This document shows, one piece after another, positions 9,090 through 18,329 of a stretch of DNA of 64,000 nt. This DNA is from Chloroflexia bacterium (GTDB lineage: Bacteria > Chloroflexota > Chloroflexia > Thermomicrobiales > CFX8), in contig JAUIIK010000005.1 of assembly GCA_030431755.1 (NCBI GenBank), positions 2,801 through 66,800 of the forward strand, written 5' to 3'. Under the pieces are notes generated by a model. The model made no database searches. It saw only the letters and a program-made list of their open reading frames with translations, and was not told the DNA's origin. How positions within the stretch are numbered: position 1 is the stretch's first letter; each line of letters begins with the position of its first letter. The position numbers were made by a program, and so were the translations under genes.

Positions 9090-9422
9090 TCACTCATACG
9101 AAACCGGGTTGGACGGTTCTTGTTGCCAGGTTCGCGTGGTCGCAACCGGCAATGCACCGCATCGCGGCTACCGGTAGCGCCCGGACCATACCGTACCGGA
9201 GTGCCCTGCCACTGTAGCTGCGACGCGATGCGTCGCTCAACCCGCCGCGCTCACTAGCGGCAGATGAAGAACTCATCACGACGAATCGGTATCGCGGGCA
9301 TCGGAGCACTGGTTCGTATGTGCCTGGAAATCGCATTCTTCCGGGCTATGATCTAAACTAGACCTGTTGGGTAGGAATTAGCGTCAATTGTTCGCCAGTC
9401 GAGGCGGGAGGCCCGAGAGACG

Positions 9423-10562
9423 ATGAGCGAGGGCATCGTTCTCCAGAATGTCACGAAGTTCTTTGCCGGTTCCGACCGCGCGGCCGTCAGCAATCTCACG
9501 CTCAACGTCGAACCTGGCGAGATTCTCGCCCTGCTTGGACCGAGCGGGTGTGGCAAGACGACAACCCTGCGCCTGATCGCTGGGTTCGAGCGTCCCGATG
9601 CCGGTTCCGTCGACATCGCGGATGCCACCGTCGCCGCTGAATCGACCTTCGTCGCGCCGGAACGACGTGGCGTCGGGATGATCTTCCAGGAATACGCGCT
9701 TTTCCCGCACCTCACCGTTTCCAAGAACATCATGTTCGGTTTGCGCTCGATCCCGCGCCGCAAGCGACGCGACCGTCTCGACGAGCTGCTTGAACTCACG
9801 GGCCTGACCGAGTTCCAGAACCGCTATCCATACCAGCTCTCGGGCGGCCAGCAACAACGCGTCGCGATGGCACGCGCCCTTGCGCCCCGACCGCATGTCC
9901 TCCTACTCGATGAGCCATTCTCGAACCTGGACACCGAGCTGCGGCTCCAGATGCGAGTGGAGATCCGCGACCTGATCAAGCAGCTCGGAACAACGGCGAT
10001 CATCGTCACCCACGATCAACAGGAAGCGATGACCGTCGCCGACCGCATGGCCGTGATGCTGAATGGCACCGTCCAGCAGATCGACACGCCAGAGGTGATC
10101 TACCACTATCCGGCGAACCGGGCCGTTGCGCGCTTCGTTGGGCAGGGCACCTTTGTTCCGGCCCGTATCACCGGCGATCTGGCCGAGTCTGATCTCGGTC
10201 AGTTTGAGATCCAGGAACATGGTCCACAGGATCAGGTTGACCTGCTCATCCGACCGCGCGATGTGTCTATCGAAGTTGACCCGGACGGTGTTGCCGTTGT
10301 CACCCAGCGCACATTCCACGGGGCGGAGACGACCTACGTCATTCAGCTGCCCTGCGGCGTCCAGCTTCAGTCCAGTCAACCGTCATATGTCTCGATCGCG
10401 CCGGGGACTCGTGTCAGCGTCCGCTGCAACCGAGCGCGCCTGGCAGCCTATGGCGACGACGCGCGCGTCGCGCTCACCAAACCGATGAGCTTCGGCGGTA
10501 TGCATGTCGATTCACCATTCGATATCGGGAACGACACCCTCCACGTAGCCGGTAGCGACTAG
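9423..10562 (+). CDS. ABC transporter ATP-binding protein with C-terminal TOBE-like domain (FbpC/PotA-type)
   Basis: Walker A GPSGCGKTT, signature LSGGQQQRVA, Walker B LLLDEP, plus an extra C-terminal domain of about 140 aa. Confidence 0.85.
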   Translation: MSEGIVLQNVTKFFAGSDRAAVSNLTLNVEPGEILALLGPSGCGKTTTLRLIAGFERPDAGSVDIADATVAAESTFVAPERRGVGMIFQEYALFPHLTVSKNIMFGLRSIPRRKRRDRLDELLELTGLTEFQNRYPYQLSGGQQQRVAMARALAPRPHVLLLDEPFSNLDTELRLQMRVEIRDLIKQLGTTAIIVTHDQQEAMTVADRMAVMLNGTVQQIDTPEVIYHYPANRAVARFVGQGTFVPARITGDLAESDLGQFEIQEHGPQDQVDLLIRPRDVSIEVDPDGVAVVTQRTFHGAETTYVIQLPCGVQLQSSQPSYVSIAPGTRVSVRCNRARLAAYGDDARVALTKPMSFGGMHVDSPFDIGNDTLHVAGSD

Positions 10563-10596
10563 ACCGGCCGGCCGCCCACTACGTTATGATCTGTTC

Positions 10597-11151
10597 GTGA
10601 GCATTGCGATGCATGAATGGACCTGTCACTTGACCGCGACCAGGCGAGCAGGCCTCGATCTGATCTCCCATAGCGCCCGACAGACCAGTGAACTCGGGGC
10701 AGCGCTGGCCCGACGGCTACACCCGGGCGACCTCGTGCTCCTGAGTGGAGCCCTCGGCTCTGGCAAGACGACCTTCATCCAGGGGCTCGCCACCGGCCTG
10801 CGCATCGTCGACCACGTCTCAAGCCCAACCTTCACGCTTGTCGCCGAATACGCGGGCCTGGCCGAGGATGATCGGGGTCTCCGCTTCTACCACATCGACC
10901 TCTACCGGCTCGGCGGAGATCCAGCAGAGACGCACTCGTTCGGACTCGACGAGTACCTCGAAGATACCGCGGCGATCTGCGCCGTTGAGTGGCCACAGCG
11001 GGCTACCGGCAGCTTGCCCGACGAATGGTTGCTGGTCGAGCTGGAGCCGGTCGCCGAGACCAAGCGCCGCGTGCGGTTCATCGCCCGTGGCACACGCTAT
11101 GACGAGATCGTCAAGCAACTGCGTGCAGAGGCCGGGGGTGGACGTGGCTGA
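10597..11151 (+). CDS. tsaE: tRNA t6A37 biosynthesis ATPase TsaE
   Basis: LSGALGSGKTTFIQGLA...SPTFTLVAEY...YHIDLYRL signature of YjeE/TsaE. Confidence 0.85.
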   Translation: MSIAMHEWTCHLTATRRAGLDLISHSARQTSELGAALARRLHPGDLVLLSGALGSGKTTFIQGLATGLRIVDHVSSPTFTLVAEYAGLAEDDRGLRFYHIDLYRLGGDPAETHSFGLDEYLEDTAAICAVEWPQRATGSLPDEWLLVELEPVAETKRRVRFIARGTRYDEIVKQLRAEAGGGRG

Positions 11152-11860
11152 CGGCAGGACCGGCTGGCTGCTCGCCATCGACACCTCGTCAACCGTCGTA
11201 TCGCTCGCGCTTGCCCCGGTTGGGGTCGGCTACGGACAGCCCGGAGCGGAGATTACCTGGCAGGCTGACCGCAATCAGACGGCGACGTTGCTCGGGCAGC
11301 TCGACGGGCTATTGCGGCTCAACGGCATCGAGAGCAGCGATCTCAGCGGCGTCGTCGTCGCGACTGGCCCTGGCTCATTTAGCGCCCTGCGCGTGGGTCT
11401 GGCAACCGCCAAGGGGCTCTGTCTCGCTCACAACATCCCGATCTTTGGCGTCGGCACGCTGGACGCGACAGCAGCGCAGTTCGAGGGCTGGGGCCGGCCA
11501 GTGAGGGCGGTTGTCCATGCCGGGCGCAAGCGCGTCGTAGCCGGGGACTACCGTCCCGGACTAACCGGCCTGACGCTAGCGGCGGCGCTCGAACACCGCC
11601 CACTCGAAAGGCTGAGCGCAGGTCTCAACGAACCAACCCTGCTCGTCGGCGAGCTCGGCGACGACATCGCCGCCGCATACCGCGACGATGAGCAGGTCAT
11701 CCTGCTGCCGCAAGCGACACGCCAGCGCCGCGCGGGTATCCTTATCGACATGGCACACGAACGCTGGTTGCATGACGATTCCGACGACCTCGCGACGCTC
11801 GAACCGATCTACGTCCACGGTCGTCCCCAGCCGGCGGCCACAGGCACGCGAACGGGCTGA
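11138..11860 (+). CDS. tsaB: tRNA t6A37 biosynthesis protein TsaB (YeaZ)
   Basis: LLAIDTSS...GPGSFSALRVGLATAKGL... The GTG at 11138 overlaps the tsaE stop. The upstream part of the 371-aa ORF is out-of-frame overlap with tsaE. Confidence 0.8.
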   Translation: MDVADGRTGWLLAIDTSSTVVSLALAPVGVGYGQPGAEITWQADRNQTATLLGQLDGLLRLNGIESSDLSGVVVATGPGSFSALRVGLATAKGLCLAHNIPIFGVGTLDATAAQFEGWGRPVRAVVHAGRKRVVAGDYRPGLTGLTLAAALEHRPLERLSAGLNEPTLLVGELGDDIAAAYRDDEQVILLPQATRQRRAGILIDMAHERWLHDDSDDLATLEPIYVHGRPQPAATGTRTG

Positions 11861-11861
11861 C

Positions 11862-12521
11862 ATGCCACGCTACTATCTCGAACCGATGCGCCAGGAAGAT
11901 GTCGCCGAAGTCTCCCAGGTGGACCACCTGTGCTTCAGCAACCCGTGGCCGCAATCCGCCTACCGCCGCGAGCTCCGCAAACCCCAGAGCAACTACTACG
12001 TCGTCCTACGCCGGGCCGACGAGGCGGCACCCAACGGGGCTGTCGAGAGTAGCGAAGATGAGCGTGGACGCTTCAGCTTCCTGCCGCTACCCTGGCGGAC
12101 CGAAGCGCCCCGGCGGTCCGACCCGGTCATCGGCTTCGCCGGCATGTGGATCATGTTCGATGAAGCGCACGTGACGACTATTGGCGTCCATCCGGACGAG
12201 CGCGGCAATGGCCTTGGCGAGCTGCTGCTGATCCAGCTCTTCGTCGAAGCAACGAGCCGCGGCGCAGAGATGGTCACGCTGGAGGTGCGCGTTTCGAACG
12301 ACTCGGCCCAGGCGCTCTATCGCAAGTATGGCTTCGAGCGGCATGGCGTCCGGCGGCGCTACTACAGCGACAACGGCGAGGACGCCTACATCATGTGGTC
12401 GCCGAACATCCGCGAACCGGGCTACGTCGAGCACTTCTACCGTTTGCGCGGGCGGCTGCTCGAAAGACTTGGCGGGCAGCTCGTTGCCGCCCCCGACGAG
12501 AGTGCGGCGAGCTCATCGTGA
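11862..12521 (+). CDS. rimI: ribosomal-protein-alanine N-acetyltransferase (GNAT)
   Basis: ATG at 11862 directly after the tsaB stop. GNAT motifs (VHPDERGNGLGELLL, ALYRKYGF). Positioned in a tsaB-rimI-tsaD context. Confidence 0.8.
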   Translation: MPRYYLEPMRQEDVAEVSQVDHLCFSNPWPQSAYRRELRKPQSNYYVVLRRADEAAPNGAVESSEDERGRFSFLPLPWRTEAPRRSDPVIGFAGMWIMFDEAHVTTIGVHPDERGNGLGELLLIQLFVEATSRGAEMVTLEVRVSNDSAQALYRKYGFERHGVRRRYYSDNGEDAYIMWSPNIREPGYVEHFYRLRGRLLERLGGQLVAAPDESAASSS

Positions 12522-13630
12522 ACATCCTGGCGATTGAGACATCCTGCGACGAGACGTCGGCGGCAATCGTCCATGAGGGCCGCGTCGTGCGCTCGAACGT
12601 CATTGCGTCGCAGACCGACATTCACGCCCGCTACGGCGGCGTCGTGCCCGAGCTGGCGTCACGCCAGCACATCATCGCGATCACCCCGGTCATCGAAGAA
12701 GCTATTGAGCTAGCCGGCATCGCCCGCGACGAGATCGACGCGATCGCCGTCACCGAAGGGCCCGGCCTATCGGGATCATTACTCGTCGGCGTGAACATGG
12801 CCAAGACGCTCGCCTTTGCCTGGAAGCGGCCGCTGATCCCGGTCAACCACCTCGAAGGTCATATCTACTCAAATTGGCTGCGACCAGCGGACGACGACCG
12901 GCCAGCGCCCGACTTCCCGGCAGTCTGCCTGATCGTCTCCGGTGGGCACACCGAGCTGATCCTCGTTCACCGGCACGGCGTCTACGAGATCCTCGGGCGC
13001 ACGCTGGACGACGCGGCCGGCGAGGCGTTCGACAAAGGGGCGCGTATTCTCGGGCTCGGCTACCCGGGCGGCCCGGCCATCCAGCAGGTGGCGGAAGGCG
13101 CGCGGCTGCTGGTGGAGTTCCCGCGCTCCTGGCTCGGTGAGAGCTACGATTTCTCATTTTCCGGTGTCAAGACGGCGCTCCTCCGGGAGTGCGATCAGTA
13201 CCGCCGTCCGCGTGACCCGCGCCGCCCGTCCAACCGCGACCTGAGCGCGCCTTTTCCGGAGCACGAGCCGCCGGAGTATTCGCCGAACATGCCGGTCACG
13301 GGTCTGGCAGCCTCCTACGAAGACGCAATCGTCGACGTGCTCGTCTCCAAGACCATCCGGGCCGCTGGAGAACACGGCGCGCGTAGCGTCCTCCTCGCCG
13401 GGGGTGTCGCCGCCAACCGCCTGCTGCGCAGTCGTCTGGAACGCCAGCTCGACGTGCCGCTCTTCGTGCCGCCCATCGAATACTGCACCGACAACGGCGC
13501 GATGATCGCCGCGGCGGCTTACCAGATCATCCGCCGTGGAGTCTCATCCGGCTGGAGTCTCGATGCCAAAGCCCAGTACCCGCTCGAAGCCATCCCGAAC
13601 GTCCAGATCATCGCCCATGTCCGTGGCTAA
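12518..13630 (+). CDS. tsaD: tRNA N6-adenosine threonylcarbamoyltransferase TsaD
   Basis: ILAIETSCDETSAAIV...GGHTELI...GYPGGP motifs of Kae1/TsaD. The GTG at 12518 overlaps the rimI stop (GTGA). Confidence 0.9.
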   Translation: MNILAIETSCDETSAAIVHEGRVVRSNVIASQTDIHARYGGVVPELASRQHIIAITPVIEEAIELAGIARDEIDAIAVTEGPGLSGSLLVGVNMAKTLAFAWKRPLIPVNHLEGHIYSNWLRPADDDRPAPDFPAVCLIVSGGHTELILVHRHGVYEILGRTLDDAAGEAFDKGARILGLGYPGGPAIQQVAEGARLLVEFPRSWLGESYDFSFSGVKTALLRECDQYRRPRDPRRPSNRDLSAPFPEHEPPEYSPNMPVTGLAASYEDAIVDVLVSKTIRAAGEHGARSVLLAGGVAANRLLRSRLERQLDVPLFVPPIEYCTDNGAMIAAAAYQIIRRGVSSGWSLDAKAQYPLEAIPNVQIIAHVRG

Positions 13631-14408
13631 CGACTACACACACGAACGTGATGTCGCGGCCCGCGTCGCCCGCGAGGCCGGCGCGTTGCTGCTAGAGCTC
13701 CAGGATCAGGTGCGTGAGATCGACTTCAAGGGCAAGACCGACCTCGTGACCGACGCGGATCGGGCCAGCGAGGTACTCATCGCCGAGCGCCTGGCAACGG
13801 CGTTCCCGGAGGACGGGCTGCTCGGCGAAGAGTCTGGCTACAGCGACACCGCCGCCAGCGCCGCCCGGCTGTGGGTCGTCGACCCGCTGGACGGCACGAC
13901 GAACTACGCTCACGGCTTCCCGATCTACGCCGTGTCGATTGGTTTGCTGGTCGATGGCGCCGTCGTAGCCGGGGCAGTCTACGTGCCCCCATTGGACGAA
14001 CTGTTCAGTTCCGCGCGCGGGGCCGGCGCAACGCTCAACGGCGCGGCCATCGCGCCATCCGCCAACGACACGCTCGAACATGCGCTGCTCTGCTCCGGCT
14101 TCTCCTACGATCCCGCCGAGCGCGAGCGCAACTTCGAGCACTGGCGGCGCTTTGTGATGCGGGCCAGGGCCGTCCGCAGGATTGGCTCGGCCGCCTATGA
14201 CCTCTGCTGTGTTGCCTGCGGCCGCTTCGACGGTTACTGGGAGCGCGGCCCCTCCGCCTGGGATCTCGCAGCCGGTAGCTTGATCGTCAGCGAAGCCGGC
14301 GGCACGGTCAGTGACTTCGCGCTGCAACCGTTCGATCCTTTTGCCCGGGAGGTGCTGGCCGCCGCGCCCGGCGTGCAGCGCGAGATGGCAGCCGTGCTGG
14401 CCGGCTGA
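13617..14408 (+). CDS. inositol monophosphatase family protein (SuhB-like)
   Basis: EESG...WVVDPLDGTTNYAHG...WDLAAG motifs of the IMPase family. The ATG at 13617 overlaps the tsaD end. Confidence 0.85.
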   Translation: MSVANDYTHERDVAARVAREAGALLLELQDQVREIDFKGKTDLVTDADRASEVLIAERLATAFPEDGLLGEESGYSDTAASAARLWVVDPLDGTTNYAHGFPIYAVSIGLLVDGAVVAGAVYVPPLDELFSSARGAGATLNGAAIAPSANDTLEHALLCSGFSYDPAERERNFEHWRRFVMRARAVRRIGSAAYDLCCVACGRFDGYWERGPSAWDLAAGSLIVSEAGGTVSDFALQPFDPFAREVLAAAPGVQREMAAVLAG

Positions 14409-14502
14409 CGCCGACAGTGCGAAATGCGTGCTGTAGTACCTATATCCCCCACGTACCGTACCCCCGTGGTACCGTCCTCTGGAATTCTAGGAGTAAGGTA
14501 GA

Positions 14503-14952
14503 GTGGATTCGGAAGCCCACGATTTTCATAATGAGATCATAGAGGCGATACAGACTGGCGAGGTTGTCTGTCTGTTCTTCCCGAGAATCGGGAAGACGCT
14601 GGTGCTGGATTTGCGCCATACCATCGAGATTCCACCAGGCGTGATGATCGACGATATGGTGACCCGGCCCCGCGAACGCCTTGAGCGACTTGAAGCGTTG
14701 CGGCCAACGCTGCCGCCGCCGGACGAGCTACGCATCGCCCCCTGGATCGGGTCGGTTGCGTCGCTGGAAGATGCTGGGATCGCCAGCGCCATGCTCGAAC
14801 GGTGCGCCGAGACCGGCGATGTCGGCGCGGTCGAACGGTGCCGCAAAGCCCTTCATGCGCTCAGCAAACTGGAGCGAGAGCATTTGCGCGCAATTGTTCG
14901 CGGCGAGATGTCCCGCACTATTTGGGAGCGCGAGCGGGGCGCGGCCAACTAG
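14503..14952 (+). CDS. hypothetical protein
   Basis: 149-aa ORF with a GTG start preceded by TAGGAGTAAGG. Composition is protein-like and no family was recognised. Confidence 0.5.
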   Translation: MDSEAHDFHNEIIEAIQTGEVVCLFFPRIGKTLVLDLRHTIEIPPGVMIDDMVTRPRERLERLEALRPTLPPPDELRIAPWIGSVASLEDAGIASAMLERCAETGDVGAVERCRKALHALSKLEREHLRAIVRGEMSRTIWERERGAAN

Positions 14953-15022
14953 CAGCGCGCAGGTCTCAGCCGGGCCACCAAGCGCGGCGGCCCCGCGCCG
15001 GGCAAGACCCGGCCACTGAGCA

Positions 15023-15880
15023 GTGGGAGCATGTGACGTGGAAGAGCCAACGACGACAACAACGACAATTGTCGAGGAAGCATTCGAGTCAACGCCGGAC
15101 CCGTCGACGACGACCCTGTTGAGATCGGCCGTCGGGACAACATCCCTCTTGAACCGCTGGGGCACCCCGGCCACCGATCAGCACTTCGTAGCCACGACGC
15201 TCGACTGGATCGGCGAAGAGCTCGGCGCAAAGCGTCCACGCTTCGTCCGGTTGCTGCCTTCCGGCGTCTGGATCGTCCAGACGGCCGTGCAGGGCAAGAT
15301 CGTTGCCCAGGCGGCAGACCGCGCCGAGATCGCCATGGCCTGGTCCGTCGGCTTGAGCCGCGACATCTACAGCGCCTCGCGCCCGCGCGTCACCACCGCC
15401 GATGGCCAGGGCATCCGGCCCATCGCCGTCACCACCTACATCGCTATCCCCGTCCTCTGCCAGCAGGGTGTAGCGGGCATCATTGAAGCCGCCGGAGAGC
15501 TCAAGCCCGGCGCGGAACGCATCGCCCATGCCGCCACCGGTCGGCTCGCCGACTTCGCCACCCGGCTGATGTTCGACCCCGGCCTCCGCACGGAACCGCG
15601 CATTACGCCGGACACCGAATGCGACGTCGCCGCCGGGCTCAACTCTGAGAATTGCAACAAGCTCTCCGACACCGAGTGGGAGTTCGTCTGCACGATCACG
15701 GAGACCAAGACGATTGCTGAGATCGCCGAACAGCTGGAGTGGCCCGAAGAGCAGGTCATCGGCGTCGCCAAAGAGCTCGTCGGCCGCGGCATGATTACTG
15801 TCCGCACACCGACCGGGCTGCTGATGACCTCGACGACCTCGCTGCTCAGCGATCCCTCGGACTACCCGGTTCCGGCCTGA
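15023..15880 (+). CDS. hypothetical protein, possible GAF-like sensor plus C-terminal winged-helix segment
   Basis: 285-aa ORF. The central region is GAF-like by eye. The C-terminal segment TKTIAEIAEQLEWPEEQVIGVAKELVGRGMITV looks like a wHTH. Confidence 0.45.
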   Translation: MGACDVEEPTTTTTTIVEEAFESTPDPSTTTLLRSAVGTTSLLNRWGTPATDQHFVATTLDWIGEELGAKRPRFVRLLPSGVWIVQTAVQGKIVAQAADRAEIAMAWSVGLSRDIYSASRPRVTTADGQGIRPIAVTTYIAIPVLCQQGVAGIIEAAGELKPGAERIAHAATGRLADFATRLMFDPGLRTEPRITPDTECDVAAGLNSENCNKLSDTEWEFVCTITETKTIAEIAEQLEWPEEQVIGVAKELVGRGMITVRTPTGLLMTSTTSLLSDPSDYPVPA

Positions 15881-16069
15881 TCTCCGGCCCGCGAGGCAGA
15901 CAGCGCAAGTATTCTGTTACTGGTGAAGTGAAGTGTTCGTCTCACTTCGCTGGGCAACTCAACCGTAACGACCTTGTCAATTCTCCCGCTGGTCGAAATG
16001 ACAAGCCTGATGCTTGATGAGTCATCTGGGAAGTCACAGATCTTCTATCTAATCATGTGTCACAAACCA

Positions 16070-16459
16070 CTAGGCCGAGTGCAGCGCGCCCAGCGCAAGC
16101 GGGAGACAGGTCCAGCCCAGTGCGATGAGCGCCGCGGCGCCACGTTCCCGCACCAACAGCCGCGCGCCGCCGTAGGCGACGAACCCGGCAATCAGGTGTG
16201 GCACAACGAGAAACTTCACGACAACATCGCCGGAAACCGGAGGCGGTCCCGGCGCGCAACCAATGATGCAGTCGAGGCTCGCTACCACCGCCAGCGCGAC
16301 CCCAACGACCATCACCACCCAGGCTATCCCGAACATCCCTACGGCCCCCACAAAGCGCATGGCTGACTCCTCATCATCAATGCGTACATCCCTTTTGTTC
16401 CTCTCCCTTGCCATAGACGCCGCGCCCAGCGCACAGGTTCCCAGGCCCTCGGCTGGCAC
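16070..16459 (-). CDS. small integral membrane protein (start uncertain; internal Met codons at 16414 and 16360)
   Basis: Three to four hydrophobic segments (GMFGIAWVVMVVGVALAVVA, FLVVPHLIAGFVAYG, ALIALGWTCLPLALGAL). Confidence 0.45.
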   Translation of the reverse strand: MPAEGLGTCALGAASMARERNKRDVRIDDEESAMRFVGAVGMFGIAWVVMVVGVALAVVASLDCIIGCAPGPPPVSGDVVVKFLVVPHLIAGFVAYGGARLLVRERGAAALIALGWTCLPLALGALHSA

Positions 16460-16482
16460 TACAATGGGGCCGGAGGTGAATC

Positions 16483-17418
16483 ATGGCTATCTACGAAATC
16501 GGGCCAACCCGCGAGAACCTGCACGGCACGTTCTCGGCGGAGATCGAACCGGTCCTGACGATTGACCCCGGCGATACCGTCCGCTTCGAGACGCTCGACG
16601 CCGGCTGGGGCCTGGAGGCCTTTCCCGCAGACGGTGGCGACCGCAGGGTGTTCGAGCCGCAGGACTCCGACCTGGACGCCGGCCATGCCCTGTGCGGGCC
16701 GGTCGCTGTCCGTGGCGCGCGGGCCGGGCAAACGCTCGTTGTGCGGATCGACGAGCTGCGGACCGGCACGTTCGGCTTCAACGCTGCTGGCGGGCCGAAC
16801 CCCAGCCGCGCCGAACCGTTCGGCTTGAGCGCCGACCTGCGGCTGCTCTTGCGCTGGGAGCTGGACCGCGAACAGATGATCGCGACGAATCAACACGGCC
16901 ATAAGGTCGCGATGCGCCCGTTCCTCGGCGTCATGGGGCTGCCGCCCGCGGCGCCGGGACACCACCCGACAGCGCCGCCGCGGGTGACCGGCGGCAATCT
17001 CGACTGCAAGGAGCTGGTCGCAGGCGTCAAGCTGTATCTGCCCATCGCTGTCGATGGCGCACTCTTCTCCACAGGCGACGGCCACGCGGCCCAGGGCGAC
17101 GGCGAGCTCAGCGGCACGGCCATCGAATGCCCGATGGAGCTGGCGGCGCTGACCTTCGACGTTTTGGGTGACATGCCAATCGAAGTCCCGCACGCCCTGA
17201 CGCCTGACGCCTGGCTCACCTTCGGCGTCAACGAAGATCTCGACGAGGCGATGCACCAGGCCGTCAACGCCATGCTCGATCTGATCATGCGGCTGCACGA
17301 CGTCGACCGGGGCACGGCATTGGCGCTCGCCAGCACCGTCGTCGATGTCCGGGTGACCCAGGTCGTCAATGGGGTCAAGGGCTGCCATGTGGTGCTTGGG
17401 CATGGCGCGATCCGGTGA
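16483..17418 (+). CDS. acetamidase/formamidase family protein
   Basis: GGNLDCKEL..G..LYLPI...GALFSTGDGHAAQGDGE..GTAIE motif block typical of the FmdA/AmdA family. Confidence 0.85.
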   Translation: MAIYEIGPTRENLHGTFSAEIEPVLTIDPGDTVRFETLDAGWGLEAFPADGGDRRVFEPQDSDLDAGHALCGPVAVRGARAGQTLVVRIDELRTGTFGFNAAGGPNPSRAEPFGLSADLRLLLRWELDREQMIATNQHGHKVAMRPFLGVMGLPPAAPGHHPTAPPRVTGGNLDCKELVAGVKLYLPIAVDGALFSTGDGHAAQGDGELSGTAIECPMELAALTFDVLGDMPIEVPHALTPDAWLTFGVNEDLDEAMHQAVNAMLDLIMRLHDVDRGTALALASTVVDVRVTQVVNGVKGCHVVLGHGAIR

Positions 17419-17489
17419 GTGAGGGAATAGGGAGCAGGGATTAGAGATTAGAGCTGTCAGACGCACAGCATTGAAACGAGGAGGGATCA

Positions 17490-18266
17490 ATGGCGACTGA
17501 GACGAGCACACGAGGCCGCGCGGGTCAGGCGCTGCCGGATTTCACGCTTCCGCTGCTGGACGGCGGTGAGCTTGAGGTTGGGGCGCTACGCGGCAAGAAG
17601 CTGCTGCTCTTCTTCTGGGGCTCCTGGTGAGGCTGCCGCGCGCAACTGCCAGGCTGGCAGGAGTTCTATTCGCGGCACAAGTCCGATAGTTTCGAGATCG
17701 TCTCCATAGCGCTCGAACACGGTGGTGGCCATCTGGCGCAGCCATTTGTCGCAGCCGCGAACGCCGAGTACCCGACTGTCGTTGACGAAGACGGCCTGAC
17801 GACCACGCTGCTCGATTTCCGCGCCGTCCCGAACGGCGTCCTTGTCGACGAAGCAGGCGTCATCCGTTATGCCAAGTACGGCGGCTTCTCAGTCGACAAA
17901 CCCGAGGACGTCGCGGTTGTCGAGCGCTTCCTGGCCGGTGAAGATCCCGGTGAGAGCCCGGCGCATGACGGCCCATACCAGTTGACCGGCGCAGAACAGG
18001 AGCTCGTGCAGACCAAGCTGCGGCTCGGCCACGCACTCAAGGAGCTTGGGCGCAAGGGCGAGGCGCTGGCTGTCTGGACCGAGGCGCTGCACCGCGATCC
18101 CGAGAATCTTGTCATCCGCAAGCAGATCTGGTCCGAGAAGTACCCGGAGAAATTCCATCCCGAGATCGACTGGGCCTGGCAACGCGAACAGCTCAAAGCC
18201 GAACGCGAGGCGGAGATCGCCGCCGGTATCTGTGGTCCCGACGGTTGCCCGGTGCCCTGGGCCTGA
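17490..18266 (+). CDS. TlpA/ResA-like thioredoxin-fold redoxin with C-terminal TPR-like tail; in-frame TGA (17628-17630) at the first redox-Cys position (candidate selenocysteine)
   Basis: ATG at 17490 follows GAGGAGGGA. The translation is ALPDFTLPLLDGGELEVGALRGKKLLLFFWGSW[TGA]GCRAQLP...AVPNGVLVDEAGVIRY. The frame stays open for 212 codons after the TGA and has no start codon until 17982. A SECIS-like hairpin follows. Confidence 0.6.
17634..17677 (+). promoter_or_regulatory. SECIS-like stem-loop 4 nt downstream of the in-frame UGA
   Basis: Outer 7-bp stem UGCCGCG (17634-40) / CGCGGCA (17671-77). Inner 5-bp stem CUGCC (17646-50) / GGCAG (17656-60). Apical loop AGGCU. Confidence 0.45.
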
Positions 18267-18294
18267 TCGAGCCTTTCCAGCGCCCGATCATCCA

Positions 18295-18329
18295 GAAGCC
18301 GCCTGCGAATGAACCTTGCAGGCGGCTTC
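18295..18329 (+). terminator. hairpin after the redoxin gene (possible terminator; no clear U-tract)
   Basis: Perfect 12-bp stem GAAGCCGCCUGC / GCAGGCGGCUUC with an 11-nt loop. Confidence 0.5.

Noticed and set aside
9208-9214. B12-box-like GCCACTG (context CCCTGCCACTGTA) in the permease-ATPase spacer, hinting at a cobalamin riboswitch.
   Set aside because: The upstream conserved core (GGGAA...GGUG..AA.UCC) is missing. The position inside an operon, ahead of only the ATPase gene, is atypical. A heptamer match alone is not evidence.
10745-11137. N-terminal 130 aa of the 371-aa ORF 10745-11860.
   Set aside because: This part is an out-of-frame overlap with tsaE and has Ser/Thr/Arg/Pro-rich nonsense composition. 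TsaB homology begins only at the GTG at 11138, which overlaps the tsaE stop.
17542-18196. Antisense ORFs (65-109 aa) across the redoxin gene, and the annotated 94-aa TTG-start fragment 17982-18266 taken as an independent gene.
   Set aside because: The sense frame carries thioredoxin-fold homology continuously from 17490 across the TGA to 18266. The fragment start is an internal Leu codon with no SD-like sequence.
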